From Spirochaetia bacterium (GTDB taxonomy: Bacteria > Spirochaetota > Spirochaetia > CAKZLE01): a stretch of 64,000 nt of DNA. The DNA lies in assembly GCA_963677595.1 (NCBI GenBank), contig OY782041.1, positions 3,200,001 through 3,264,000 of the forward strand, in the 5' to 3' direction. Under the pieces are notes generated by a model. The model was not told the origin of the DNA, searched no databases, and worked only from the letters and a program-made list of their open reading frames with translations. Shown piece after piece: positions 1 through 10,685 of this stretch (its first letter is position 1; every line of letters begins with the position of its first letter). The position numbers and the translations under genes are program-made.

Positions 1-3000
1 TATATATCGATCGACCTGCAGGACCGCACCAGCAATCTTGCTGCCATAGAGATCGAGGGGAAGAAGGGGAGCAGTAGCTTCACGGAGACGATCGAGCTCG
101 ATCGTGCAGCTTCCCGTGCCTCCGCTTATAATACCAGGGTACAGGATCTTGCGATCGGCCTCTGGACCCTGACAGCTTCAGGACTGGATGCCGACGGCCA
201 TGAATTCATGGCAGAGCAGTCCCCAGTCCAGGTAGAGGTCATCGGCGGTGAGCAAACCGACGGACGGCTCTCGCTTGCGCTCCTGAAAGCACCCGTCTCG
301 ATAGATGCTGATACTTCCACACTCTCGGGGATCGGCCGCCTCGAGATCAGGGGCTATGCTGATAACGGTTCATTCTATGAGCCGAATATCAATCCCTCCG
401 CCTTACCTGTCACAGAGGATCTCGTCTACGGAACCTGGACGATCAGCGTCGAAGCCTATGACGCCGATAGTGACTTGATCGCCTCGGGTTCGACGACTGC
501 GGAGATCGCGGACAGTACACCGCAGGATATAGATATCACCCTGATAGCTGAGAACGCCCCGACCGGTACGGCGATCTTCACGATAACCCCGCACCGATCG
601 ATCGTCTCACGAGTCGACTACTATGTCCTGGCTGGGACCAGTTCCAGCTACCCAGCCTTCTCTGAGGAGATCGCCCCTTCCGGGACCTACCAGAAGGAGC
701 TCTTGGAGGGAGGCTGGAGTTTCACGATCAAGGCCTATGACGAAGATGACAATCTCCTGGGGGAGAGTGCAGCGAAGAGTGCTGCCATCTCCGAAGATAC
801 CCCGACATCCATCGCCCTGACGGTATCGGTCCCGACTTCGACGGTGACCTTGGATATCACGACTGACGAGACTATCCCGGCAGACCATACCTTCTCGCTC
901 TACGGAACCTCGGAATATGATTCTATCAATGAAGATGATATCGGCGAGTCCATCGAACTCACCTATGGGAACTGGGACCTGGTGCTCAACACGAACGACA
1001 GCACCGGTGCAGCCATCAAGAGTGACGAGATATCCTGCCTGGTCGACGGCGATGAGGAGACCATAGAGCTCACCGTCACCAAGACCGGGACGCTTGTCAT
1101 GAACATCACGGCAGATCCGCTGATCAAGGCGCAGAATCCTGTATACAAGGTAGCAGGCACCCGTGAAGGTGGATCCCTCACCCTGTCGAAGACCCTGCAG
1201 GGCAGTGCCGTCGTCAACGAGGAGATCGGTACCGGAACCTGGGACCTGACAGTCTATGCAGAAAGTAGTGAGGGGACAAGGATCTCGGAGACCACCCCCA
1301 TCAACGATGTGGTGATCACCCTCGATGAGGAGACAGGGGTTGACTGCCTCCTTGAGGAACTGCGGTTCACCCTCACGATCGATGCTTCAGTTGAGTCCAC
1401 TGCTGTCGAGGCCCTGATCACCAACTACCTGGTGACGGGATCCAATGGGATCGAGGCATTCAGCCTCGAGAGTGCAACCCTCCCGATCGACCGGGACCTC
1501 ACGGGAGGTGACTGGGAGATCTCGTGTATCGGGGAAGATGACAGCCAGGAGACGATAGCCTCCGGTTTCGATGAGTCCGTGACCCTTGGGGCTGATGCCT
1601 CAGTCGAGATCGCCCTGCAGACGGTGGTGGACAAGGGTACGCTGATGCTCCAGCTGCAGCCTGACCAGATCGTCACTTCACGGGCTGACCACTATGACAT
1701 CACCTATACAGACAGCACGGATCCTTCCAATGTACTGAACCAGCAGACCTCGTCCCTGATCATCTCGAGGGACCTTACCTATGGTGACTGGGATATAACC
1801 GTCGAGGCGGTCGACGGCGATGGCCATGTCATCTCCGAGACCGAGGAAGCTTCCGTCACCGTCGAGCTCAAGAAGACCGTACTGCAGCTCATCCCGGTCG
1901 ATATCATCCGGTATGACCTCGCCCTTATCATAGATGCCTCAGACGTCACTTCGGCAGTCGACCACTACACTGTAGATGCATCCTCTCCCTATGAGATCTT
2001 CTCCATCGACCCGGCATCCTCGCCGGTAGAACGGACAGTATCGGCAGGGCAGTGGGATGTTTCAGTCCAGGCATGGGACGCAGCTGGCCTGCTGATCGGG
2101 GACGCCTCCGACAGCTACGATGTGAACGGGAATATGAGCCCGACGATCACGCTGACGAACGTAGCCCATACCGGCTCGCTGTTCATCTCCTTCGATACCG
2201 ACGACTATCTTGCGTCCCAGAGCAAGTCCTATGCGGTCGAGTTGACTGACGGCGTAGACACCGTCAACAGGACGACCACCTACACCAGCATCAAGGTCAA
2301 CGACCTTGCCATCGGGGACTGGGACCTCACCGTCACAGCCAAGGATGCAACCTCTGCTGTACTGGCCACTGACACGATCAGTGACATCACCATCCTCGAG
2401 GACCAGACGGTAACGGAGACGGCCGAGCTCGTGACGAACCGTGCCGACCTGGCCCTTACCGTGGTGGACCCGGGTACGGTCACGGGTATCTCGACTTATA
2501 CCTATGTCGGCTATTCCGATTCCGATGCCTTCGTCTATGAGGACGAGACCGTATCGACCCTGACCCAGACTTCCATCCTCAGCCCCGGTGACTGGAACTT
2601 CATCGTCATCGCCTATGACAATTACGGCGTGCCGATCGGTGTCTACCAGGATGAGGCGACCACCTATGCTTGTGACGGCATCTCGGCCGTGACTGAGAGC
2701 GTAACGCTGGAAGCGAAAGAGAGATCACGTACAGCAGGTGCCCGTGCGATCCCGGAGACGGAAGGGACGGGTATCATGGTCATCAAGACCAGTGTCTGGG
2801 AGGAGATAGCCGCAGATGCTGATCTGTGGAGTCTCTCCGTCTATGACGAGACGGGCACGACGCTCTATGAGACCTTCACAAGCCTCACGGAGTCGACTTT
2901 CGTGAAGACCGACATGCCTGCAGGTACCTACGACCTGGTGATTACCACCTATGACGACAGCCCAGTCGAGATTGCCTCGGCCGGGATCGATGACCTGCTG

Positions 3001-5778
3001 ATCATCGCTGATGATGTCACCTATGCGGAAGTCACGACCTACCCGCCGGTCAGTTCCCTGACCGTCAGCCCCGTCATCGATACGGAGATCTCGAGTATCG
3101 TCGACAGCTGTCTCTACATCCTCACGCAGGATGACCGAGAGCAGCTCTATATCAGGGGCTCCGAGTCACTCGACCTGACGGTGGATACGATCCTTACCGG
3201 GCTTTGGGACCTTGAGGTCACCGCCTACGATGCAGCTGGGAACAGCATCGCAGGAGCGAGCGGCGTCGAGCTCCTGATCGCGAACGGGGTCCCTGAGACC
3301 TCAGAACCTGTACTCGATACCGTCGAGGCATCACTCCTCGTGCAGATAAACCTCGATGAGAGTTTCACCACCACCGTTGCATCCTATGATGTCACGGCTA
3401 CCTGCAGCGACCTGGCTTGGACGGAACGTCATTATACCACGGGCAGCTCGCTCTTCAGACTCACTGACCCCCTGCCAGTCGGGAACTGGGATATATCAGT
3501 CTATGCGATCAATGCTGACGGTGTGACCGTATCTGACACTGCTGAAGCAAGCGTGACGGTCATCGGCAGCGGCCAGAAGATGCGTACCGTGACGCTCCAG
3601 CCGTTGAGCAGCCAGTTCACGGCAAACCTAGCTGGTACAGAACTCGGGGAAGCTTCGTACACCATCATGGGAAGTTCGGCTGATGACAGTTTCGTCGTGA
3701 ACTCGTTCACAGGGACTACCTGGCAGAGATCCCTCTCCCCAGGGGTCTGGACCCTGAGATTCCTTGGATATGACAGTACCGGAACACAGGTCTCCTCCGC
3801 CCAGTGGAGTGGGGAGGTCTACAGTGCCGTGGAGACTGATGTGACGATGCTGCCTCTTACAGGAGTAGTCTATATCTCCGTATCACCGGCCGCAGGTTTC
3901 TCCAACACGATCGACTCATGGGTGGTCACCGGCGATGCCGCCTCGACCGATGCCTATGATTTCCTCGAGAACATGACGCAAAGCGGCATCCTGGTCAAGG
4001 AACTGCCGGGCGGCGACTGGGAATTCACTGCCCAGGCCTTCGCCTCCGGTCTCCCCGTCTCCCTTGACGCCTCCAGCGGGACGGTCTCGGTCCTCAATAA
4101 CAGGAACTCCGTGGTGGAGCTCGTCGCACAACCGATCGAGAGCTCACTCTCGCTGGGAAGCATCACCGATGCTGCCCAGACGACCCCAGCTTCCTATACG
4201 ATCATCGGGCAGTCTGATTCCTCCGTATTCAACTGGACCGGTAGTTCGCTGGATGCCTTCAGCGAGAGCCTGCCGCTCGGTGACTGGTCGATAAGCATAG
4301 CAGGCTACGATGCAGCAGGCCTGAAGATCTCCACGGTCGTGGTGACGGTCACGTCTGACGGGGCTGCCCTGGAACCTGCTGCAGACATGGAGAGGATCGT
4401 CTATGAGGGGACCCTCTGTGTGGAGATCACCCCAACGGAATACATCCAGTCGGTCGTCGACCATTACCGGATTACCCTCGACGGGACTGACTCCTATGAT
4501 ATAACAGGTACCTTCTGGAGCAGGAAGGTCGAGATCGGCACCTACGGTGTCGAAGTATCGGCGATCAGCGGGATCGGCGAGGTGCTCTCGACTGCCGCTG
4601 CCAGCCCTGACCCTGAAGTGACCACCAACCGGACGACCCTCTGCGAGGTTGCCCTCGAGGAGGAATCCTCGGAGTTGACGGTAAGCCTCGTGACAGAGGC
4701 CCAGATCGCATCCCAGATCGACCATTACCATGTGACGGTCCTCGGGCCTGACCAGGTGGTGAATGAGGACATCACGCTTGATGCCTATACCCTGGAAGAT
4801 ATCACGCCGGGAACCTGGGTCGTGAAAGCCCAGGCTTATAACAGTGCCGGGAAGGTCATCGCCTCCGGGGAGGACCAGGTGGAGATCGGGATAGGCGAGA
4901 TCGCCCTCTGCACGGTCGACCTCATCACCGCAACCGGGGACATCTATGTCAGCATCCTTGCTGACGATGTGGTCACCCAGCAGGTTGACCACTACACCCT
5001 CGAACTGTCCAATGGGTCAGACCTCATCACGGAATCCTCGATAACGACCTCGAACTGGTCAAAGAGTGATATAGATGTGGGTCTTTGGGACCTCTCGGTA
5101 TCAGCATATTCTGAAAGCGGGACCCTGATCGGGATAGGGACCAAAGATTCCATACCCATCGACCCGAACAAGATGAACATTGTGGAGATCACGGTCAGCC
5201 AGACAGACGATGCAGTCGGGGACTTTATCCTGAACGTCACCTATCCGACTGATGTCGATATCACGGCTACTCTCGTAGGGAGCGATGCCATACAGCATGA
5301 GCTGACGATCACCGGGAACCCGGGATCAGCCACACTCACGGACCTGCTGCCCGGCTACTACGTGCTCACCATCAGGATCTCTGAGGATGGAATCGTAAGC
5401 GGGACTGAGACCCAGACAGTCCAGATCCTTGGCGGGCAGACGACCACGGTCGATGCGACCATCGAGAAGGAAGAGGGAGCCATAACCGTCTTCATCACCA
5501 ACCCGCTGGATGAGGAGATCACCGTGATCATCTCAGGCCTCGATGACGGGGAGGAAGTGTCCTATGCAGATGCCGCGACTATCGAGCTGTACGCAGCGAT
5601 GAGCGTCACGCCTGATGCTGTGGACTGGTACCTGAACGGGCAGATGCTCAGTGACCATGACAATGACCATGAGCTCACACTCACTGGTCTAACGTACGGA
5701 AACTATCAGATAAGCTGTATAGTCACCGATGATGGAGCGATCGGCAGTGATGCCGTCGACTTCAGTATCGTAGAATAA
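1..5778 (+). CDS. Giant acidic surface protein with about 19 tandem Ig-like beta-sandwich repeats; 5'-truncated by window edge
   Basis: Frame 1 is open from base 1 (YISIDLQDRTSN...DLAIGLWTLTASG) into the 208..5778 ORF, so the real start lies upstream. The motif G-x-W/Y-x-(I/L)-x-V-x-A-x-D-x-x-G recurs about every 85-95 aa. The last two domains resemble domains 2 and 3 of the downstream lipoproteins (GYYVLT..., DWYLNG...ISC). Confidence 0.85.
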   Translation, partial: YISIDLQDRTSNLAAIEIEGKKGSSSFTETIELDRAASRASAYNTRVQDLAIGLWTLTASGLDADGHEFMAEQSPVQVEVIGGEQTDGRLSLALLKAPVSIDADTSTLSGIGRLEIRGYADNGSFYEPNINPSALPVTEDLVYGTWTISVEAYDADSDLIASGSTTAEIADSTPQDIDITLIAENAPTGTAIFTITPHRSIVSRVDYYVLAGTSSSYPAFSEEIAPSGTYQKELLEGGWSFTIKAYDEDDNLLGESAAKSAAISEDTPTSIALTVSVPTSTVTLDITTDETIPADHTFSLYGTSEYDSINEDDIGESIELTYGNWDLVLNTNDSTGAAIKSDEISCLVDGDEETIELTVTKTGTLVMNITADPLIKAQNPVYKVAGTREGGSLTLSKTLQGSAVVNEEIGTGTWDLTVYAESSEGTRISETTPINDVVITLDEETGVDCLLEELRFTLTIDASVESTAVEALITNYLVTGSNGIEAFSLESATLPIDRDLTGGDWEISCIGEDDSQETIASGFDESVTLGADASVEIALQTVVDKGTLMLQLQPDQIVTSRADHYDITYTDSTDPSNVLNQQTSSLIISRDLTYGDWDITVEAVDGDGHVISETEEASVTVELKKTVLQLIPVDIIRYDLALIIDASDVTSAVDHYTVDASSPYEIFSIDPASSPVERTVSAGQWDVSVQAWDAAGLLIGDASDSYDVNGNMSPTITLTNVAHTGSLFISFDTDDYLASQSKSYAVELTDGVDTVNRTTTYTSIKVNDLAIGDWDLTVTAKDATSAVLATDTISDITILEDQTVTETAELVTNRADLALTVVDPGTVTGISTYTYVGYSDSDAFVYEDETVSTLTQTSILSPGDWNFIVIAYDNYGVPIGVYQDEATTYACDGISAVTESVTLEAKERSRTAGARAIPETEGTGIMVIKTSVWEEIAADADLWSLSVYDETGTTLYETFTSLTESTFVKTDMPAGTYDLVITTYDDSPVEIASAGIDDLLIIADDVTYAEVTTYPPVSSLTVSPVIDTEISSIVDSCLYILTQDDREQLYIRGSESLDLTVDTILTGLWDLEVTAYDAAGNSIAGASGVELLIANGVPETSEPVLDTVEASLLVQINLDESFTTTVASYDVTATCSDLAWTERHYTTGSSLFRLTDPLPVGNWDISVYAINADGVTVSDTAEASVTVIGSGQKMRTVTLQPLSSQFTANLAGTELGEASYTIMGSSADDSFVVNSFTGTTWQRSLSPGVWTLRFLGYDSTGTQVSSAQWSGEVYSAVETDVTMLPLTGVVYISVSPAAGFSNTIDSWVVTGDAASTDAYDFLENMTQSGILVKELPGGDWEFTAQAFASGLPVSLDASSGTVSVLNNRNSVVELVAQPIESSLSLGSITDAAQTTPASYTIIGQSDSSVFNWTGSSLDAFSESLPLGDWSISIAGYDAAGLKISTVVVTVTSDGAALEPAADMERIVYEGTLCVEITPTEYIQSVVDHYRITLDGTDSYDITGTFWSRKVEIGTYGVEVSAISGIGEVLSTAAASPDPEVTTNRTTLCEVALEEESSELTVSLVTEAQIASQIDHYHVTVLGPDQVVNEDITLDAYTLEDITPGTWVVKAQAYNSAGKVIASGEDQVEIGIGEIALCTVDLITATGDIYVSILADDVVTQQVDHYTLELSNGSDLITESSITTSNWSKSDIDVGLWDLSVSAYSESGTLIGIGTKDSIPIDPNKMNIVEITVSQTDDAVGDFILNVTYPTDVDITATLVGSDAIQHELTITGNPGSATLTDLLPGYYVLTIRISEDGIVSGTETQTVQILGGQTTTVDATIEKEEGAITVFITNPLDEEITVIISGLDDGEEVSYADAATIELYAAMSVTPDAVDWYLNGQMLSDHDNDHELTLTGLTYGNYQISCIVTDDGAIGSDAVDFSIVE

Positions 5779-5789
5779 GGGAGGATAAC

Positions 5790-6809
5790 GTGAAAAGATT
5801 ACTGCTTCTGGCAATTACGGGCCTGGTGCTGGTATTGGGTATCGGCTGTGATGCCCCACCAACCATGCAGACCGGTTCTGTAGAGATCATGCTTCAGCAG
5901 GCACGATTCGTCCAGAGTGATCTCGACAAGGAGATCTACTCCTATGAAGTCTCCATGACACACGACCTCTCTGGTGAGACACTAGGGCCTGAGACAGTCT
6001 ATGCCGCCTCCTATGCGCCGGTGAAGTTCGAGGGGATAGAGACCGGGGAATGGACTGTCTCAGTCGATGCGAAGAATGAAGCGGGGATCTTGGTCGCTTC
6101 AGGATCAAGCCCTGCAGTCGTGAACACCAACAGGACGACCAACGTCAATATTCAGCTTGCATACCTCGAAGGGAATGGGACCCTTGCGTTCAGCATGGCG
6201 TGGGATCGGGAACTCGCTTCCCCGACCGCCGATATTCAGATCGTGAAGCTCGTAAGTACCGATACTCCTGAGAGTATCCCCCTTACCATCTCAGAAGATA
6301 ATACTGCGTCCCTCCCAGGCAAAGTGCTGGCAAACGGGCAGTATATGATCACCGCGACTCTGAGTGAGCCTGATGTCTTCACCACCGCGAAGGTCGAGGC
6401 TTTTGAGATCATGAAGGATGCCACAACTGCGGTCCATTTCGATTTCACCGTCCCGTCCGGCGGCTCCGGCATCACCATCACCGACCCGGAAGACCAGGTC
6501 ATCACGCTGACCCTCTCAGGGTACATATACAAAGGCGACGATGTTCTAGAAATTACAGATGACCTGATCATGGAAGACCTTCCGGTCACCATAACAGCCG
6601 ACAGTGATGAGAGTATCACGACCTATTTGTGGTACTTGAACGGGGTACTCCTCGAAGCGGAGACCGCAAATTCTCTATTACTCGGTGAATTTGTCCTTGC
6701 CCCCGGCGACTGGTCAGTGACCTGTATCGGGATCTCAGAAGCAGGGATCGGGTCTGATACTATCGAATTCTCTTTATCAGAAAGTGATTATATTGGAGGA
6801 AGTCTATGA
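5790..6809 (+). CDS. Lipoprotein made of only the conserved three-domain Ig-like module
   Basis: GGGAGG RBS before GTG; lipobox LGIG-C; QQAR-F after first strand; GEWTVSVDAKN, EGNGTLAFSMAW and YLWYLNG motifs shared with neighbours. Confidence 0.8.
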   Translation: MKRLLLLAITGLVLVLGIGCDAPPTMQTGSVEIMLQQARFVQSDLDKEIYSYEVSMTHDLSGETLGPETVYAASYAPVKFEGIETGEWTVSVDAKNEAGILVASGSSPAVVNTNRTTNVNIQLAYLEGNGTLAFSMAWDRELASPTADIQIVKLVSTDTPESIPLTISEDNTASLPGKVLANGQYMITATLSEPDVFTTAKVEAFEIMKDATTAVHFDFTVPSGGSGITITDPEDQVITLTLSGYIYKGDDVLEITDDLIMEDLPVTITADSDESITTYLWYLNGVLLEAETANSLLLGEFVLAPGDWSVTCIGISEAGIGSDTIEFSLSESDYIGGSL

Positions 6810-9800
6810 GTAGGAAGTCTGTACGAACGAAGAAGATAGCCTTGGTTCTCACCCTCATCGTGTTCACCCTGTTCACATTCCTGGCCGGCTGCGACCTGGG
6901 TCTTGGCAATGACCAGGAGACCGGGGCCTTAAGTATCGGGCTTGCCAGCCCGAGGTCGTTCGATTCCGGCCTGGATACCGAGATAACCCATTATGCTATC
7001 ACCCTGACCCATACGGCTTCAGGGACAGTGATAGCTCCTGACCCATTCCAGAAAGGGGATCCCATCTACTTCCCTGACCTGATCATCGGGGAGTGGACCA
7101 TTGCTGTGGATGCCCTCAATGCAGCCGGGACGATCGTGGCGAACGGCAGTGCCGTGACGACAGTGGCACCGAAGAGCGTGAGCAATGTGGATATCTACCT
7201 ATCCTGGCTCGATGGTTCAGGTACCCTTGACCTTACGATGAGCTGGACAGAAGGTGCCTTCGTCGGTGATATGTTCCCAACAGCCTACCTGGTACCGCTG
7301 GATGGCAGCCCGCAGTTCGATCTGACATTGACTCCAGGTGCCTCCAGTGCTACCTGGAACCAGACTCTCGATGTCGGCCTGTACAAGCTCTTCGTAAACC
7401 TGCAGGACTCCGGGGAATACTCCAATGGACGGGTCACGATCATTAACATCATGAGCGGGGCAACAACCACGGCAGCCTTCGAGTTCGTTGGGTACAGCGG
7501 TGATTCGGGTGTGACGATCATAGACCCGGAAGATCCGCTCTTCGATATGGAATTAACGGCCACCAACACCATGGTACCGATCAACCAGGAGGTCACCATC
7601 ACCGCAAGTGTGGAAGATGCTGATTACTACGAATGGTACAATGGAACGACACAGCTCGAGGACTCATCTTCATACAGTGTCGTGCTGACTACACAAACTC
7701 CTCAGGTTGTGAATATATCGTGTATAGCCTACAAGGATTCATCCGTGGGACAGGCTGAGATTGAGATCACCTTCGGGGAATACGACCCTGAGACCTCGAT
7801 GGACAAGTACCTCTCTGCAAAGGCTATCCTTGACCAGGCGATGATGAATCCACAGGAGACACTGATCCTCGACCAGGTCTACAGCCTGCTCAACAGTGCG
7901 GTAGCCCTGAACCCGGATAACTCAGATGCCGTACTGGCACTGTCGATCCTCGACCTCTGCGGCTTCCTCATTGATGATGACATCGAGGTCGTGATGCAGG
8001 ATATGCTGGGTCTCGAACAATATCCTGAGACCTATGCTGACCTGTATGCGAATTTAGCCCAGTTTGGCTTGGGCATGGTCCCATACAATGTGAACACAAC
8101 AGGATTCAATAATATCCTGTATGATTACAGTTCGGAGGATAGATTTTATGTTATTCTGCCGTATCTGGCAGGCTGGAATCCCTCTACTGATGGATACAGT
8201 CCAGAGAGTTACCTGCTGCAGATGCTGGCCAACCTGACGGCTAGCGGCTATGACGCCGATGATGTGGTTGACGGCATTCTGGATGCCCTGGGCGACTCCC
8301 TAGACAGCGTGACTGGGAACCTTGCAGGGTTAAGTGATGGGACACGATTCGCGATCTCGCAGAATACAGTCCTTGGTGATATGCTGCCAGGCACAGCATA
8401 CTATACCAGCGCTGAGACCAAGGCTATAGCGGCAATTCTCTACCAGCTGCAGAGCTACGCATACTTGGCAAAGGCTGTTGATATGGGATTTGACTTCAAC
8501 AACCTGCTTGATTCCATGACCTATGATGTCTCCACCGGAGAGTACGGATTGACTGATGATTTCTCGCCGTTCGCTAACGGGTTCCTGGGGATCGACAATG
8601 AGGATGCAGCTGAGGCAGTGGCAGATGCGAAAGCCTCGTTCCTGAAATCACTCAGCTTGATGCATGAATCAATGACAGCGATCGCTGCCCGGGAAGCAGA
8701 GGGGACTGAAGATGCCCTGTTTATTTCTCCGGATAATCCATGGTACACAAACTCATGGGCTGATATCTCGGATTACCTGCTCTTTGCGGACCATATCGTA
8801 GGAGAGATCGAGAATTCAGTAATCAATGATGTACAGGCGATCATACCGTTGGATTGGATCGAGGATTGTACAGTGATCAATGACTATGTCGCTGCCGAGT
8901 TTGCCAATTGGCCGACCGAGGTCTCAATGATTCTGGAGGACTATGATGACTACTGGCATACATTGCCGGATGGCTGTGCATCATTAGGTCTTAACTTCAG
9001 CAGGCTCTTCGACCCAACCACGTCACTGCTCAGTATCCTGCTTGAACTCGATACCTCTGGTGATATCCAGCTCTATACCTTCGATGAGAGCGGCTACCCG
9101 GAAGCAGCAATTCCGGGTGTGGATGCATTCGACCCCTATGAATTCTATTACATGAGGATACCAGACGTCACGCTCAATGGTTTCCTGTCGCTTGAAGATC
9201 TCCCCATGTCCATAGAGGAGCTGAACCTGGTGATGGAGTATAATTCTCTGGATACCGAGGAGACTCCTGCGATCATGTTTGATAATGGAGATGGGACCAT
9301 CTCCTGGTATTGGTCGATGAATGCGGTGAGTAATGGCTTGGCTGCAAGTTACAGTATGTATGGCCCATACCAGTACCCATTTGCCTATCATATCCTGACT
9401 GATGCAGGTGTTTATACTGCAGATGTCCCGGTAAGGATGTCCTATGGACTTGTTGAGGATCTTGAGTCTTTCAACTACAAGGATGTCTACTTTGACAATA
9501 CGATGGACCTCACAAGTACCGGTTCCTTCTGGAGTACATTACCGGAGTTCGCACACTGGATAAATTATGCTCCAGCGGACCAGTACAATGATATGGCTAT
9601 GTATGAGATGACAGCTGAGAACCCGTTCCAGCTCCCAATGGACTCTGCATTCAGTATTGATCAATGGGATACTGTGTATCCGATGAGTAGTGCTATCTAC
9701 TTCGAGTATACTGCTGACAGGGATGGTGTAGTATCTGTCCGGTTTGATTCATCTAGTCCCCTTCAATTGTGGCTGAATGATGTAACAGTAACTGACCTTA

Positions 9801-10246
9801 CGAATATCAGCGTCAGCGCTGGCGAAACAATATTGGGTTGTTTCACATCAGCCGGCGACTATAATTGGGTAACTTGCATCTATGATGATAGTCTCGGTGA
9901 TATCAGCAGCATGGGAAGCGCCTATCCGCTGGCTGAGAATACGACAGTACAGGGGCGTATATATTATCAATTGCCAGATGACTTCTTCGAGATCGATCCT
10001 GCAACTGATAGAGTACGAATCCAACTGGATTCCCCTGATGTCCCTTCATCGATACAGATTCCTGGCTTGTATAGCCTGTATCACAATTTCTATGCATTGG
10101 ATCAGATTGGGAGTCAGTTGTATTACTCATCTCATGGTGATGCTATCGAGTTTGGTGTTACCGGTATAACCTATCTGGTTCTTGGAAGTTTTACAGGTCT
10201 TGACTATACCATCAGCTGGGAGGATATCGGGAGTCCTCTCCTCTAG
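6806..10246 (+). CDS. Large surface lipoprotein, paralog A (three-domain module plus helical/unknown passenger)
   Basis: GGAGGA RBS; 4-bp overlap with upstream stop; lipobox LAG-C; clear homology to 10332 and 13926/17121 genes. Confidence 0.85.
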   Translation: MSRKSVRTKKIALVLTLIVFTLFTFLAGCDLGLGNDQETGALSIGLASPRSFDSGLDTEITHYAITLTHTASGTVIAPDPFQKGDPIYFPDLIIGEWTIAVDALNAAGTIVANGSAVTTVAPKSVSNVDIYLSWLDGSGTLDLTMSWTEGAFVGDMFPTAYLVPLDGSPQFDLTLTPGASSATWNQTLDVGLYKLFVNLQDSGEYSNGRVTIINIMSGATTTAAFEFVGYSGDSGVTIIDPEDPLFDMELTATNTMVPINQEVTITASVEDADYYEWYNGTTQLEDSSSYSVVLTTQTPQVVNISCIAYKDSSVGQAEIEITFGEYDPETSMDKYLSAKAILDQAMMNPQETLILDQVYSLLNSAVALNPDNSDAVLALSILDLCGFLIDDDIEVVMQDMLGLEQYPETYADLYANLAQFGLGMVPYNVNTTGFNNILYDYSSEDRFYVILPYLAGWNPSTDGYSPESYLLQMLANLTASGYDADDVVDGILDALGDSLDSVTGNLAGLSDGTRFAISQNTVLGDMLPGTAYYTSAETKAIAAILYQLQSYAYLAKAVDMGFDFNNLLDSMTYDVSTGEYGLTDDFSPFANGFLGIDNEDAAEAVADAKASFLKSLSLMHESMTAIAAREAEGTEDALFISPDNPWYTNSWADISDYLLFADHIVGEIENSVINDVQAIIPLDWIEDCTVINDYVAAEFANWPTEVSMILEDYDDYWHTLPDGCASLGLNFSRLFDPTTSLLSILLELDTSGDIQLYTFDESGYPEAAIPGVDAFDPYEFYYMRIPDVTLNGFLSLEDLPMSIEELNLVMEYNSLDTEETPAIMFDNGDGTISWYWSMNAVSNGLAASYSMYGPYQYPFAYHILTDAGVYTADVPVRMSYGLVEDLESFNYKDVYFDNTMDLTSTGSFWSTLPEFAHWINYAPADQYNDMAMYEMTAENPFQLPMDSAFSIDQWDTVYPMSSAIYFEYTADRDGVVSVRFDSSSPLQLWLNDVTVTDLTNISVSAGETILGCFTSAGDYNWVTCIYDDSLGDISSMGSAYPLAENTTVQGRIYYQLPDDFFEIDPATDRVRIQLDSPDVPSSIQIPGLYSLYHNFYALDQIGSQLYYSSHGDAIEFGVTGITYLVLGSFTGLDYTISWEDIGSPLL

Positions 10247-10266
10247 TTAGTCTCGTTATCTCGATT

Positions 10267-10292
10267 AAGCCGGGTACTCATGTACCCGGCTT
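10267..10292 (+). terminator. Stem-loop between paralogs A and B (terminator or mRNA-stabilising hairpin)
   Basis: AAGCCGGGTAC-tcat-GTACCCGGCTT perfect 11-bp stem; near-identical copy at 20279-20304. Confidence 0.65.
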
Positions 10293-10685
10293 TACCCGTT
10301 CAATATGTAAAAGAAAGTAAGGAAGTGAAGTATGAAGCGGTCAGTACTCATCGTTGTAAGTATCCTGGTATTGGTCCTAAGCATCGGTTGTGACCTTGGT
10401 CTTAACAACAACCAGGAGGAGACCGGGGCTTTGAGCATCGGGCTTGCAAGCCCGAGATCGGTCGATTCCGACCTGGATCGGGAGATCGCTTCATATGACA
10501 TCACCCTGACCCATACAGTGTCAGGTACAGTGGTAGCCCCTGACCCATTCCAGAAAGGGGATCCGATCTACTTCCCTGACTTGATTATCGGTGAGTGGTC
10601 TATTGATGTGAATGCCCTCAATGCTTCTGGGACGATCGTGGCGGATGGCAGTGCCAAGACGAACATCGTACCGAAGAGTGAGAGC
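10267..10685 (+). repeat. About 420-bp direct repeat, copy 1 (hairpin, leader and 5' end of paralog B)
   Basis: Near-identical by eye to 20279-20697, including the non-coding leader TTTACCCGTTCAATATG...GTAAGGAAGTGAAGTATG. Confidence 0.85.

Noticed and set aside
208-210. ATG 208 as the true start of the giant ORF
   Set aside because: The frame is open from base 1 with a repeat motif upstream, and there is no signal peptide at 208.
4144-4992. 282-aa antisense ORF and other long shadow ORFs (e.g. 22743-23531, 12324-12944, 48010-48621)
   Set aside because: They lie opposite well-supported genes, lack motifs and are expected from codon bias.
10267-10292. Integron attC-like cassette sites between paralogs
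   Set aside because: No RYYYAAC/GTTRRRY core boxes and no integrase; the perfect short hairpins fit terminators better.
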